A stretch of 51,631 nt of DNA from a virus (IMGVR_UViG_3300032282_002376:1-51631); one strand, 5' to 3'. Shown: positions 17,635 to 26,743, numbered from the stretch's first letter. The notes: a model not told the origin generated them from the letters alone. Numbers and translations are program-made.

Positions 17635-18617
17635 TTATCATTCTCTTTTGGGATGAGCCATGCCTTGCAAGCAGCACGCCAGTCTGTAGCGCGTATACTA
17701 TCAACATAGATCAACCCATTTCTAGCTCTTTTATGTTGCCACCAAACCATAGCCATCGGTTGAGCGACGTCTTGGAAGAACGCAGTCTTATAGATATGCT
17801 CATCTTGCGGGTCTAGCATGAAGCTTTCCAAATCTTTCTTCCAATCATTATGGTCGCAGTTTTCCATCAAAGGATATGGTGTAACTGCTAACTCAGCGTA
17901 GTCAGACTCATAGTAATCCAAAGGAACGTACGACGTGTCTTTCACTTTACCCCACACTTCTAAATTAGTATAGACATGCAAAGAGTCAGAAACTTGCGTG
18001 TAAGGACCGACTTTGTAACCGCATCTAGCAGCGACGTATTCTTGCAGCATACTGAAATGGACTACGTTGGCGCCCAGCTTTCCGTACAGCAAGTCATTAG
18101 AACGGCAGCATACTGTCATATAGAGCTCACCGTCACGAACCTTCCAATAGATATGAGTATTGCAGGGGTGATCAAGCATTGTTTTACCTAAGTCTAGGAC
18201 AGAGTCCCACATAGTGGTGACTACACGACGGTCGTCAGGATTTTTCTTTAGAAGTTCTATCGCTTTTTCTAGCTGATCGAAAGGTTGAGAATGCCTCAAC
18301 CGATGTCCGTACGCGCCGTAGAACGTATCGCCGTCATCGCTGTATTGCTTCATCTGTGAGTTAAAGTAGTCCAAGAACTCCACATCACGATAGCCTCCTA
18401 TGATCCAAAGACCCTCCATGCAATGGAAGAATGGATTACAGTTACGCTTCTCATTAAAGAGAACGCGCTCAGTTGGCTTCGCGTAGGTTGTAGCTACGGG
18501 TTCACAGAACTCTAGCACAGGACCGTTCCTGGAGCTACGCGGTTTACCTGAAGCTTTGATGCCGTTGATTTCAAGAGGGAAGGCGTGGTTAACATTTCTT
18601 ACGTTATAAGCTATCAC
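17631..18617 (-). CDS. Thymidylate-synthase-fold dUMP hydroxymethylase (5hmdUMP synthase)
   Basis: GTG 18617 with AAGGA RBS; SRNG, NPFFH..E..W, SDDG..GAYG.R, catalytic PCN, RSND..G..ANVVHFS.LQE (Asn at the dUMP-specificity position), SLHVY; clustered with aGPT-Pplases and kinases. Confidence 0.85.
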   Translation of the reverse strand: MIAYNVRNVNHAFPLEINGIKASGKPRSSRNGPVLEFCEPVATTYAKPTERVLFNEKRNCNPFFHCMEGLWIIGGYRDVEFLDYFNSQMKQYSDDGDTFYGAYGHRLRHSQPFDQLEKAIELLKKNPDDRRVVTTMWDSVLDLGKTMLDHPCNTHIYWKVRDGELYMTVCCRSNDLLYGKLGANVVHFSMLQEYVAARCGYKVGPYTQVSDSLHVYTNLEVWGKVKDTSYVPLDYYESDYAELAVTPYPLMENCDHNDWKKDLESFMLDPQDEHIYKTAFFQDVAQPMAMVWWQHKRARNGLIYVDSIRATDWRAACKAWLIPKENDK

Positions 18618-18627
18618 TGTTATATCC

Positions 18628-19524
18628 TTAGAATAAAGTTTCGGGAGAATAATTCGCACGCGGACGACCGCCGTTTGATGCGCGCATGTATTTATCAAAC
18701 TCACACATACAGTTCTGCCAATCATGCAGAGTTAAAGTGCTTAGATCAATTGTCGCCCAACTCTTGGATATTTCAAGAGTTTCCATCAGCTCCTCATTGA
18801 AACTGTCTTGGTGAGCGACTTGTTCTAGTGAGCGCCCATAGATACGGTTCAAACCTCTTGTAGACCCAGGACCTATTGGAGCAAACGAATACAAGTCTTT
18901 TGCGTCCTTTAATAGGGGGCAATACGTCATATCAGCTACAGCTTGCCCTGCCATGAAGGTACCCCAACCATAAATACCCTTAAAAAGCGCCAAAAGTTCC
19001 TCTATGGAGCGATCCTCAGGCTTCGTGTGGGTTAGGTAATGAGGTATCTCTTTATTGGAAAATAGAGGTTCTAGCATGTTTTTAGCAATAAAATACCCTT
19101 TACTCATACCTTTTGGTATATTTCTGCCCGTGATAAGGTAAGCGCCAGTCCAAGTTTTCAATCCTCGCTTCATACGGGCATCTATAACACTGCTAAATGC
19201 TGTAGCACTGAAAGACTCAACTGGCCACTCACCCTTGTCCATCAAGGCTTGTATAGTTGGAGGCCAGTTGATGTATCTAGCAATGCAAAGCATAATCCAT
19301 AACCATTCGTGGTCAAGATACTGGTCGATAACATTATTAACAATCCAAGCGGATACACGATCATCTTTGCGATGGATATTACAGAAACGGTACTTCCTCA
19401 ATATCTCATCCTCAGTCCAAGGTCTTTTCTGCTCAGGGTCTATGATCTTATTGTAAAAGATATTCTCACGCTCACTGACAAAATAAGCAAGCTTCCTGAT
19501 CATTATGTCTTTAGTTTCAAACAT
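18628..19524 (-). CDS. aGPT-Pplase clade 1 (HhH-glycosylase-fold, 5hmdU DNA kinase-associated helical domain)
   Basis: ER..I, PWT.D.IL..YRFCN..R.DDRVS, R.INWP, F.A.Q...D, GPGS.RGL, D.QNC.CEFDKY.R motifs. Confidence 0.88.
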   Translation of the reverse strand: MFETKDIMIRKLAYFVSERENIFYNKIIDPEQKRPWTEDEILRKYRFCNIHRKDDRVSAWIVNNVIDQYLDHEWLWIMLCIARYINWPPTIQALMDKGEWPVESFSATAFSSVIDARMKRGLKTWTGAYLITGRNIPKGMSKGYFIAKNMLEPLFSNKEIPHYLTHTKPEDRSIEELLALFKGIYGWGTFMAGQAVADMTYCPLLKDAKDLYSFAPIGPGSTRGLNRIYGRSLEQVAHQDSFNEELMETLEISKSWATIDLSTLTLHDWQNCMCEFDKYMRASNGGRPRANYSPETLF

Positions 19525-20083
19525 CGTAGCCGAGCCCTCTTAAAGCAATAGGAACTGCCTCATTGGAACTAACCCAGTGAGGGTTAAGACCTGCAGCATG
19601 AAGTTTTCTAGCTGATGATATGTTCTTCTTATCATTCGTTAGAATGTTATCCGTCTTTTCTATTGGACCTTTACCTTCAACTGCTCGACGAGCGTTCACA
19701 TTAGCGACGCATTGTTCGAAAGGGGTACTGAGGCAGATAGGTATCAGTGTAGCCCCCATCGCTTTTAGACGCGCGTTCAAGATCATTGTAGGCTCAAAGA
19801 CGTTTCCAACAATAACCCCCTCGTACAATACGTTCGTATAGTTAGAGGCTTCCACCACGGCGTCCCAAACCATTTGGGGCGTCTTTATAGTGTCACATCC
19901 ACCAGTTGGACGATCGTACTTTCCTAGAGCGACAAATGTTTTAAAGATATTTAACAGCACGCCGTTACTAGCTTCGCCTATCTTTATGAAGTCCTGAGCA
20001 GCATGCTCCATTATTCTCTTAGCAACCCAAGTCTTACCCGCGCCGTTGCTACCACGTATCGAAATTACATTGTATGTATTCAT
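19517..20083 (-). CDS. P-loop kinase, putative 5hmdU DNA kinase (copy 2)
   Basis: IRGSNGAGKT Walker A, GKY...GGCD, VLYEG, C..NV..RR lid. Confidence 0.8.
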   Translation of the reverse strand: MNTYNVISIRGSNGAGKTWVAKRIMEHAAQDFIKIGEASNGVLLNIFKTFVALGKYDRPTGGCDTIKTPQMVWDAVVEASNYTNVLYEGVIVGNVFEPTMILNARLKAMGATLIPICLSTPFEQCVANVNARRAVEGKGPIEKTDNILTNDKKNISSARKLHAAGLNPHWVSSNEAVPIALRGLGYDV

Positions 20084-20101
20084 AGCTTCGTTATCTAAAA
20101 G

Positions 20102-20695
20102 TTAAATTATAACGTTCTCAGCAGCGGTTTTCATATTAAATAGCTCAAGAGCTATAACTACTGCCTCACGTTGGCTTACTACTTTGGCGTCTAGTCCGTA
20201 GCTCTTTAGCTTCGCGTGCGCTAGCTCAACTGCTCTGTATTTAGGGATCAAAGACTTCTTAGGATCGAAAGGTTTTTCATTACCAACAATCGCCCTACGC
20301 TTCATTGTCTGTTCAATACATTTTTCTTTTGGAGTATCTAAAGTAAGCGCATGAAAGATCGCATACTCGGAGCAACCAGCAGCGATATCTACCGTCAGCT
20401 GTTGAAGTCCAGAAAGAAGTAAGCCCTCCATGACCACGCTTCCATACATTGATACCTCAGCTACAGCCTCTACTAGATCACGTACATTCTTTACACGATC
20501 AACCCCACCCGAAGCAGCGGAGTCGTACTTACCTATAAAAATTACAGGAGAAGCGTCTGTAGTTTTGTAAACATGAGTGAAGACGCCGTTTTGAGTCGTA
20601 TAGTCACGAACATGAGCCAGTCTAGACATGATAGCGCGAGCTGCTGTAGTTTTACCGCTACCATTCGTACCTCTAATATTTATGATGTGATTCAT
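20102..20695 (-). CDS. P-loop kinase, putative 5hmdU DNA kinase (copy 1)
   Basis: IRGTNGSGKTT Walker A, GKY....GGVD, VVMEG, C.....RR lid; paralogous to 19517-20083. Confidence 0.8.
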   Translation of the reverse strand: MNHIINIRGTNGSGKTTAARAIMSRLAHVRDYTTQNGVFTHVYKTTDASPVIFIGKYDSAASGGVDRVKNVRDLVEAVAEVSMYGSVVMEGLLLSGLQQLTVDIAAGCSEYAIFHALTLDTPKEKCIEQTMKRRAIVGNEKPFDPKKSLIPKYRAVELAHAKLKSYGLDAKVVSQREAVVIALELFNMKTAAENVII

Positions 20696-21465
20696 GATAT
20701 GATTTCCGTATCAAAAGGTTCTTCGGGCATATGCTTCAGTATCTCATCAGCGACGAAACCGTATCCCGTCAAGGCAAGACGTTTATCAACGATGTCTGCA
20801 CCTATCGCTTTACCGTTCTTATAGTAGCCCTTGATCATACAAGCTATGGTTTCAGCTTCTGCAACACCGCAGTCGCGAGTATAACGAGGTGGGGCTTTCA
20901 TCCATTTGATCTCGTTGACGACTTGTAATAAAGCGATATCTGAAGGCACGCCAGGAAATATGATGTTGAGCCCCTGTTTAGGAAGCTCAACCATATGTTT
21001 TTCAGAGTTTTTCCAGTCTACCGCATAGCCAAACACCGCCTCACGCAAGTCCATACACTTCCAAGTAAAGTACGTACCGATTTGTGGTATGTTTTTCTTA
21101 AGAAGCCCCATGAAAGAAGGTTGCATGCAGGCAGTAAAAAACTTTTCAGGAGTTTTGTACTCATTTACCCAGCGTTTCATCGCTTTTAACCCTGCTTGCC
21201 CCCTGAAATGACGCCTTTCAGCTGCTCTAGGTGCGGTATCATAGCAGTTAAAGAGCCCCTCCCAGAACTTATCACCTGTTAGCTCACACAGCTGAGAAGC
21301 TATACCCATGTGATAGTACGTCACGAAAGCCGTACACCATCGCATAAGCATATCCTCAGGAATATCTGATTTAGATAACGCTACATAAACAGGGTCTAAG
21401 TCGTCTGTACGAACGGTCTGCTTAGCAAACTCAGCCCAAGGTAAGTCAGGGTCATAGGTAATCAT
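20692..21465 (-). CDS. aGPT-Pplase clade 2, amino acid/amine:DNA transferase (AADT)
   Basis: DLDPVY, RW...F..YY..G.A, R.AERRHFRG, IG....WK..D, APP...R....EAET..C..K motifs. Confidence 0.85.
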   Translation of the reverse strand: MITYDPDLPWAEFAKQTVRTDDLDPVYVALSKSDIPEDMLMRWCTAFVTYYHMGIASQLCELTGDKFWEGLFNCYDTAPRAAERRHFRGQAGLKAMKRWVNEYKTPEKFFTACMQPSFMGLLKKNIPQIGTYFTWKCMDLREAVFGYAVDWKNSEKHMVELPKQGLNIIFPGVPSDIALLQVVNEIKWMKAPPRYTRDCGVAEAETIACMIKGYYKNGKAIGADIVDKRLALTGYGFVADEILKHMPEEPFDTEIIS

Positions 21466-21992
21466 GAGAATTGAACTGCCTTTAAGTAGTCAGAAGCGTG
21501 ATCATTGTAACCACCGAGCATGAACACGGGAACGCCACCATTACGCCATTTGGCAAAACTGGATTTATGCTTACGGTAATAGTTACGGTAAGCTGTAACT
21601 GCGTCACCCTCAACCTTGCAATCATCAGGCATAGCCTGAGGAGGCTCACGCCATAGATAGCCTTTAGCCATCAAAGCAGAAGGAGGTGAGCTTAACACGC
21701 CATTGATATATTTTTCGCAAGCGTGGCGTTTGTTGTAACGATTAGCATACTCACGGCAAAGGTAAGTACCTAAATCTTGAAGCCAGGAGTACTGAACTTT
21801 AGACTCAGCAGCCCATTTGACTGAAGGATGATTTTGATGAGTAGGTTTGTATGGAACGGCGTCGCCGTTACCATGAATATGATGCACAGTGCAAAGCATT
21901 TGAGCTGTTTCTAAAATCATTTTGACGACGTGGATATCACAATGCATAACAGCAGCGAGGGGGGCAGCGTGGTGTAGATAAAAGATATTCAT
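21462..21992 (-). CDS. Pyrimidine-dimer DNA glycosylase / endonuclease V (DenV)-like protein
   Basis: Start reassigned to MNIFYL; HCD.HVVKMILETAQML, YKPTH.NHPS..W, PPQAMPD, AYR.YY...K motifs. Confidence 0.75.
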   Translation of the reverse strand: MNIFYLHHAAPLAAVMHCDIHVVKMILETAQMLCTVHHIHGNGDAVPYKPTHQNHPSVKWAAESKVQYSWLQDLGTYLCREYANRYNKRHACEKYINGVLSSPPSALMAKGYLWREPPQAMPDDCKVEGDAVTAYRNYYRKHKSSFAKWRNGGVPVFMLGGYNDHASDYLKAVQFS

Positions 21993-21999
21993 TGTGATC

Positions 22000-22290
22000 T
22001 CACTTACGTGCAGTAATGCGTACAGTTGTAGACTCGCTGACTTTAGAGTTAGCACGAATGAACTGAGGTGATAGGTGAGCACGCACGGCATCCATATCAA
22101 GCGTTTCGCGTGTGCTGACACTAACCGAGCAGCGGAATGTTTTACCGTCATGAGCGCCGATGCCGATATCTGTGATCAGCGCATTTTTGAGGTCTTTTTC
22201 GTACAGCTCGAGATCAGCAATTTTAGCTTTGAGCTTACCAAGTGCATCAATCTTTTCTTCGATTGAAAGGGTAGAGATATCGTATGACAT
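22000..22290 (-). CDS. Hypothetical coiled-coil phage protein
   Basis: AAGGA RBS; first gene of the modification/polymerase transcript. Confidence 0.7.
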   Translation of the reverse strand: MSYDISTLSIEEKIDALGKLKAKIADLELYEKDLKNALITDIGIGAHDGKTFRCSVSVSTRETLDMDAVRAHLSPQFIRANSKVSESTTVRITARK

Positions 22291-22412
22291 ATAAAATCCT
22301 TAGTTAAGAGTTAGAAGTTAAACAGCGTTTTTTAAGCGCTGAGCTAATATTAAATCATTTTGCCGTCGCTGGCTAATTGTATTTTTATTATAGTTTTCTC
22401 CCGTTGATAGTT

Positions 22413-24776
22413 TTAACCTATTGGAACGAAACGCATCTTTAAAGACGGGTTCGTAGACATAATTTCTAAGCGATATTCAGTATCCCTGAATTCAAGTTCC
22501 GCTCCCCTGAGCGAGCCCAATGCTCTTCCTACAACGACGACTGAGCAGGCATATCCGTTACCTAGGCTTTTGACCATATCTTGCAGCTCAAGGTTCATAC
22601 CGATTTTATCGGATACTTCTTTTGAACTGAAGGCAACGGACGGACCAAACAAACCAATAAGCCAACTCAAGAATTCGTTTCTTTGAGTGGAGCTTTCATC
22701 TAAAGAGCCGTACTGCAAACGAAGGTTTGGATCCATAGGATCTTTCAAACCCAGCGCGATCACAGTTGTCCTGATAAGCTGATCCCACTCATAAAAACGT
22801 GAGGCTTCAAACCTAATTCTTTCTCGCTCTTCTGCAGGCATTTTTATACCAAACTCGAGTAACTTAAGAGCAGCTAGGATCAAAATCCTACGGTTCTTTT
22901 TGACGTGACTTAGTAATTGAGGATACTTGAACTCGGTAGTGTGCCTTTTGTTAAATACTAGAGTCAGCGACCTTGTAGCGATTTCATCATTAGGCGTGAT
23001 ATTGATACCGTTCAAAGTGATGAGCGCCTTTGGCATCAACCTGACTAGCTCATTACCTCCAAGCTTCCGTACGCTAAACGCTCCAGTAGTAACGATTTCA
23101 TTTAGAGCGCTAGACTTGAATCGCCCATTCTGATTGTCAAACACCATCACGTCAGGGTCATTCATGAAGTAAGTAGCGAGCTGTTTTGATTGTTCCTCAT
23201 CTTGTCTAGCCAGCGCATGCGTGTTAGCGTCGTTGGTCAATATCATTTGCGGTATCTGGCACCAAACAGTCTTACCGTCTGCAGGATATGGTGACGTGGC
23301 GATAAACATAGGAGCTAGAGGTAATATCTTTCTAGCTATAGCCGTTAGCATCGCCGTAATAGAGATAGACTTCCCCCATTCTGCGTTACTGAACGGAAAA
23401 TCGGAGTAAACATCAATGATCGTTTCTAGCGCCTTCTCAATAGTCATCAGCTTGAGGTCGTTAGATGTGATATCAACTGAGTCAGTTAAATAGAAGCCTG
23501 ATTCTGTATGGAAGCCTTGCTTGCTAAGTAGCTTACCATCATCCATTATGATAGGATACCTGAGCACGCCTTCTAGATTCGGTAGAAGTGTGTTGATACT
23601 AGGATCTTTAAGACGTCGTACGATAGACATATCCGTCCTAGCTACAATCTCCACCTTCTCTTTCTTATCAAACTGAATGAACTGGACGTAGCCTTCTAGA
23701 TGGTGAGCGAACGCGTCGTCATTAGGAGCGACAGGAGCTGCTATCATACCGCTCTTTGTAGACCTAGACTCTACGATCACGGCAGTGCCGTTGAAGTTGA
23801 ATAGCTTCTTTTCATCGTCAGGTACAGCAGCTAGAATCTTTACAACCTCATCAACTACTTCTCTAGGTTGTAGCTTGGAGATGTTGACTTTGGGCTTCGT
23901 GTCATCAGCTGCCTTGGCATGCTCGAGGTGTTTACTAGGAAGCCACGTGCGTATCCTATCAGTCTCCCAACCGAAAGCGTCCAATGATGCGAAACCAGAT
24001 ATGGTCTTGCCGTCTGCCAGTTTCTTGTAAGTATCATCGACCGCTCCGTCACGGTCAGCGTCTTCCTCATCACCAGTCAAGTATGATATAGCACGCATTG
24101 CTTTACGCGCCATTTCTATGGGTACTCCTGCTTTGGCGAAGCCACCAGCTACGCGTAAGAGGGCATCATGACGAATTCCAGGAGCGATGTTGTGCTTAAC
24201 CCATATGACGGTCATGAGAACGCCTAGAGCCATCTTTAGATCTTTTTCAGCTATCAGCGCTGGCTCGCCTGTGCAGTCAACCCAAGATACCGTCGATTCA
24301 TGTCTTGAAGGAGGGAAAGCCGTCTGCGCGTCATCACCTCGGTACTCAATACACTTGACTATCTTACCACCTGTTTCTTTCTTAGATAGCCTCCATTCAG
24401 CTGAGCTTTTTGTAGACCCCTCAACATAATAGATGTGATGTGATGCAATGATATCATCACTTTCGCCAGCGTACATACGTCCGAAGCGCCATGTTGTAGG
24501 AGGTAGAAACCAGTGAGCGATCTTTCTAGCGAGAGGGTGATCTAGGTCAACGTCAATCAAGTTTTTGGATACAGATCCAAGCTGTACGCCGATGTTAGCA
24601 AGTCCTTTGAAATTCTCAGCTTTAAATTCTTTGTCAGTCCAGTTTGTTACAGTCAAACTCTTTTTTCTTGCGTCTAACGGTAGGCATTTCCATCCTTTAG
24701 AAGTATAGGCAGCAAACGCTTTCTGGATCGAGTCCGCATGCGCGCGTGCTTCATCAAACGAGGCAGTTGTGTTCAT
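22413..24776 (-). CDS. Primase-polymerase (Prim-Pol) fused to a C-terminal P-loop helicase-like domain
   Basis: NIGVQLG...LIDVDLD, H.YY, QT.FPPS.H, G.RHD primase motifs; ADGKT and VMVFDN in the C-terminal part. Confidence 0.85.
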   Translation of the reverse strand: MNTTASFDEARAHADSIQKAFAAYTSKGWKCLPLDARKKSLTVTNWTDKEFKAENFKGLANIGVQLGSVSKNLIDVDLDHPLARKIAHWFLPPTTWRFGRMYAGESDDIIASHHIYYVEGSTKSSAEWRLSKKETGGKIVKCIEYRGDDAQTAFPPSRHESTVSWVDCTGEPALIAEKDLKMALGVLMTVIWVKHNIAPGIRHDALLRVAGGFAKAGVPIEMARKAMRAISYLTGDEEDADRDGAVDDTYKKLADGKTISGFASLDAFGWETDRIRTWLPSKHLEHAKAADDTKPKVNISKLQPREVVDEVVKILAAVPDDEKKLFNFNGTAVIVESRSTKSGMIAAPVAPNDDAFAHHLEGYVQFIQFDKKEKVEIVARTDMSIVRRLKDPSINTLLPNLEGVLRYPIIMDDGKLLSKQGFHTESGFYLTDSVDITSNDLKLMTIEKALETIIDVYSDFPFSNAEWGKSISITAMLTAIARKILPLAPMFIATSPYPADGKTVWCQIPQMILTNDANTHALARQDEEQSKQLATYFMNDPDVMVFDNQNGRFKSSALNEIVTTGAFSVRKLGGNELVRLMPKALITLNGINITPNDEIATRSLTLVFNKRHTTEFKYPQLLSHVKKNRRILILAALKLLEFGIKMPAEERERIRFEASRFYEWDQLIRTTVIALGLKDPMDPNLRLQYGSLDESSTQRNEFLSWLIGLFGPSVAFSSKEVSDKIGMNLELQDMVKSLGNGYACSVVVVGRALGSLRGAELEFRDTEYRLEIMSTNPSLKMRFVPIG

Positions 24777-26302
24777 TAAAATTTCTCAGACAATACGTCA
24801 TAGTAGGAACCCCGACGTCTCACCCTGATAGAGCGAGGTGCGGGTAGGGAATAGATCAAGGCTCTAGCCGTGCTAGCTGATCGCGGTACATTATAGGGGT
24901 ACCCCCTGCTCTTAAACCAATCTTCTGCCTTCTTTCTAGCGTATCCATCGTGCTCTACTAGTATAAAGTCGATGATGTCTACAAGTGTGTTGCTTGGAGT
25001 GATACACGAATAAAGAGCCATGAGCATGTTTTTATCAGATTTGGTGCTGCGTTTAGTTATATACTTCGTACTCATTACCGCAACGTCCATACCCCATACC
25101 GAAGTTGAACCAGCCATGGGGTCAACATCAGATACGGCGGTAGCTGTTTTTATAGTGCGGGGTGTAATTATAGTCTTTTTCGGTGCAGGTTTTGCAGGAC
25201 GCAACGACCCGTCAGGTCTTTCTTCTACAATTTCAGCCTTGGAAGCTATACCTCCATGCCGAGCTAGATTACCAGCAACGTCAAGTATCAAACAATCTTT
25301 CTTGCCCTCAGCCGTTCTAGCACCCCTTCCAAGTTTCTGCCTGTGCAAGCCGATTGATTGTGTAGGTGCGACATCAACGATGCAGTCTAGGTCAGGGCGA
25401 TCGAAGCCTGTAGTCAGAACTTTGCAGTTCGCCATTAGTACGAACTCGCCAGCCTTCCATCTCTCTAGTCTAGAAGCCCTATCATTATCACCACCATGTA
25501 CATACTCAGCGCTGATACCGATCTCAGTTGCTAGCTTCGCAGCCAGTTTTGCAGTTCGTACAGTTGGAGAAAATAACAAGATGGATTTACGATCTGGAGC
25601 GAGGCGTTTGACGGTTTGAAGAACCGCCTTCATCCACTCGTCAGTCATCCGCTCATCAACCTCAGCTGTATCGTAGTCGCCATTTGAGCGATGTATACCC
25701 TTCAGGTTGAGTTGTACTCGGGCTTGCAGACCTTTCAAAGGAGCTAGGAAGCCTTGATCAACCAAGTCTTGAACAGAGATGTCGACCGCTAGATCGTTGA
25801 ACCAAGGGTCATCACCGCTGTAGATCAGCCCTCCGCTTAGACGATACGGTGTGGCTGATAAGCCGATACGCCTTGCGTTTGGAAAACGCTTTAGCAACGT
25901 GTTATACATCTTGCCGTCTGACTCTTTTGGACTCACCCAGTGCGCTTCATCAATAATGATAGCATCAGGCTCTGGTAGCTTATTCAGGTTACGGTACATA
26001 GACTGAATGGAAGCGTAAGTTGCATGTGACCCTATCTTGTATGAGTCCAATCCCGCGCAATAAATACCAAGTCCCTCCGCGCCGAAAAAGCGCTCAAGCG
26101 CTGAGGCGTTCTGCTGAACAAGCTCCCTGTTGTGAGTCACCATTAACGTATATCCACCACGTTCACGAAAACGATCAACCAGCGAGGCGATGATTGCGCT
26201 CTTACCTGAACCCGTGGGTGCAGATATGACAGGGTTATTTCCCTTACGTAAACTCTCTAATGTGAGCGCCAGCGCATCCAGTTGATAATGCCTCAGCTTC
26301 AT
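24776..26302 (-). CDS. Superfamily 2 DNA helicase (RadD/UvsW-like)
   Basis: LRHYQ Q-motif, APTGSGKS, IIIDEAH, SAT, LTTGFD, Q.LGRG.R. Confidence 0.92.
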   Translation of the reverse strand: MKLRHYQLDALALTLESLRKGNNPVISAPTGSGKSAIIASLVDRFRERGGYTLMVTHNRELVQQNASALERFFGAEGLGIYCAGLDSYKIGSHATYASIQSMYRNLNKLPEPDAIIIDEAHWVSPKESDGKMYNTLLKRFPNARRIGLSATPYRLSGGLIYSGDDPWFNDLAVDISVQDLVDQGFLAPLKGLQARVQLNLKGIHRSNGDYDTAEVDERMTDEWMKAVLQTVKRLAPDRKSILLFSPTVRTAKLAAKLATEIGISAEYVHGGDNDRASRLERWKAGEFVLMANCKVLTTGFDRPDLDCIVDVAPTQSIGLHRQKLGRGARTAEGKKDCLILDVAGNLARHGGIASKAEIVEERPDGSLRPAKPAPKKTIITPRTIKTATAVSDVDPMAGSTSVWGMDVAVMSTKYITKRSTKSDKNMLMALYSCITPSNTLVDIIDFILVEHDGYARKKAEDWFKSRGYPYNVPRSASTARALIYSLPAPRSIRVRRRGSYYDVLSEKF

Positions 26303-26489
26303 CGGGTTTGTCCTTTTCAAAAATAGTTAATGAGTTATGCCTTATCACCGCACGCCTACCGTCTTTGTGCTTGAACCATAGCCCAAATCTAGGGTCCTCC
26401 TCATTCCTGCACATATAGGCGTGATCATTCTTGAAACCTTGACTGAGGATCTGTCTTTTCAGATTACGCCATGGTCCTTCCTTAATCAT
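26244..26489 (-). CDS. Hypothetical protein
   Basis: ATGA-coupled small ORF. Confidence 0.5.
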   Translation of the reverse strand: MIKEGPWRNLKRQILSQGFKNDHAYMCRNEEDPRFGLWFKHKDGRRAVIRHNSLTIFEKDKPDEAEALSTGCAGAHIREFT

Positions 26490-26743
26490 ACCTTTGCCTT
26501 TACCTTTCTTTTAGGCTTGGTTTCTATTTCAGGCTCAGGCTCAGGCTCTGCCTTAGTCGTGAAATCAAACTCAAATTGCACGGCGTCTGGGTCAGGGTCA
26601 GGTGGAAGAATTTCGTTGAGGTGCGTCAGAAGCTCTATACCTTGAGCGACGATAACCCTGTTAGGGTCACGTAAGCCTGAGCATGTAGATTCTAATGCGT
26701 TGATCAAGTTTTCCAAATTATCAATCGCGGTTGTTTTAAGCAT
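26486..26743 (-). CDS. Hypothetical protein
   Basis: Overlap-coupled; GAGG RBS; PEPEPE linker. Confidence 0.55.
   Translation of the reverse strand: MLKTTAIDNLENLINALESTCSGLRDPNRVIVAQGIELLTHLNEILPPDPDPDAVQFEFDFTTKAEPEPEPEIETKPKRKVKAKV

Noticed and set aside
17631-18617. Ordinary ThyA or dCMP hydroxymethylase
   Set aside because: Asn rather than Asp at the specificity position argues against dCMP; linkage to aGPT-Pplases and kinases, with no DHFR, argues against plain ThyA (not formally excluded)
19510-19530. Programmed frameshift fusing kinase 2 to the clade-1 protein
   Set aside because: An 8-nt ATG/TGA overlap is ordinary translational coupling; no recognised slippery heptamer
17631-22151. 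Long ORF-track starts at 18725 and 22151 (also 32198, 30176, 27942, 40619, 48632)
   Set aside because: They overlap upstream genes heavily; downstream starts have an RBS and family-typical N-termini
25020-25619. 199-aa + strand ORF and similar antisense ORFs (38849-39340, 40549-40998, 50221-50862, 30305-30712)
   Set aside because: Shadow frames opposite well-supported genes, with no RBS or motifs noticed
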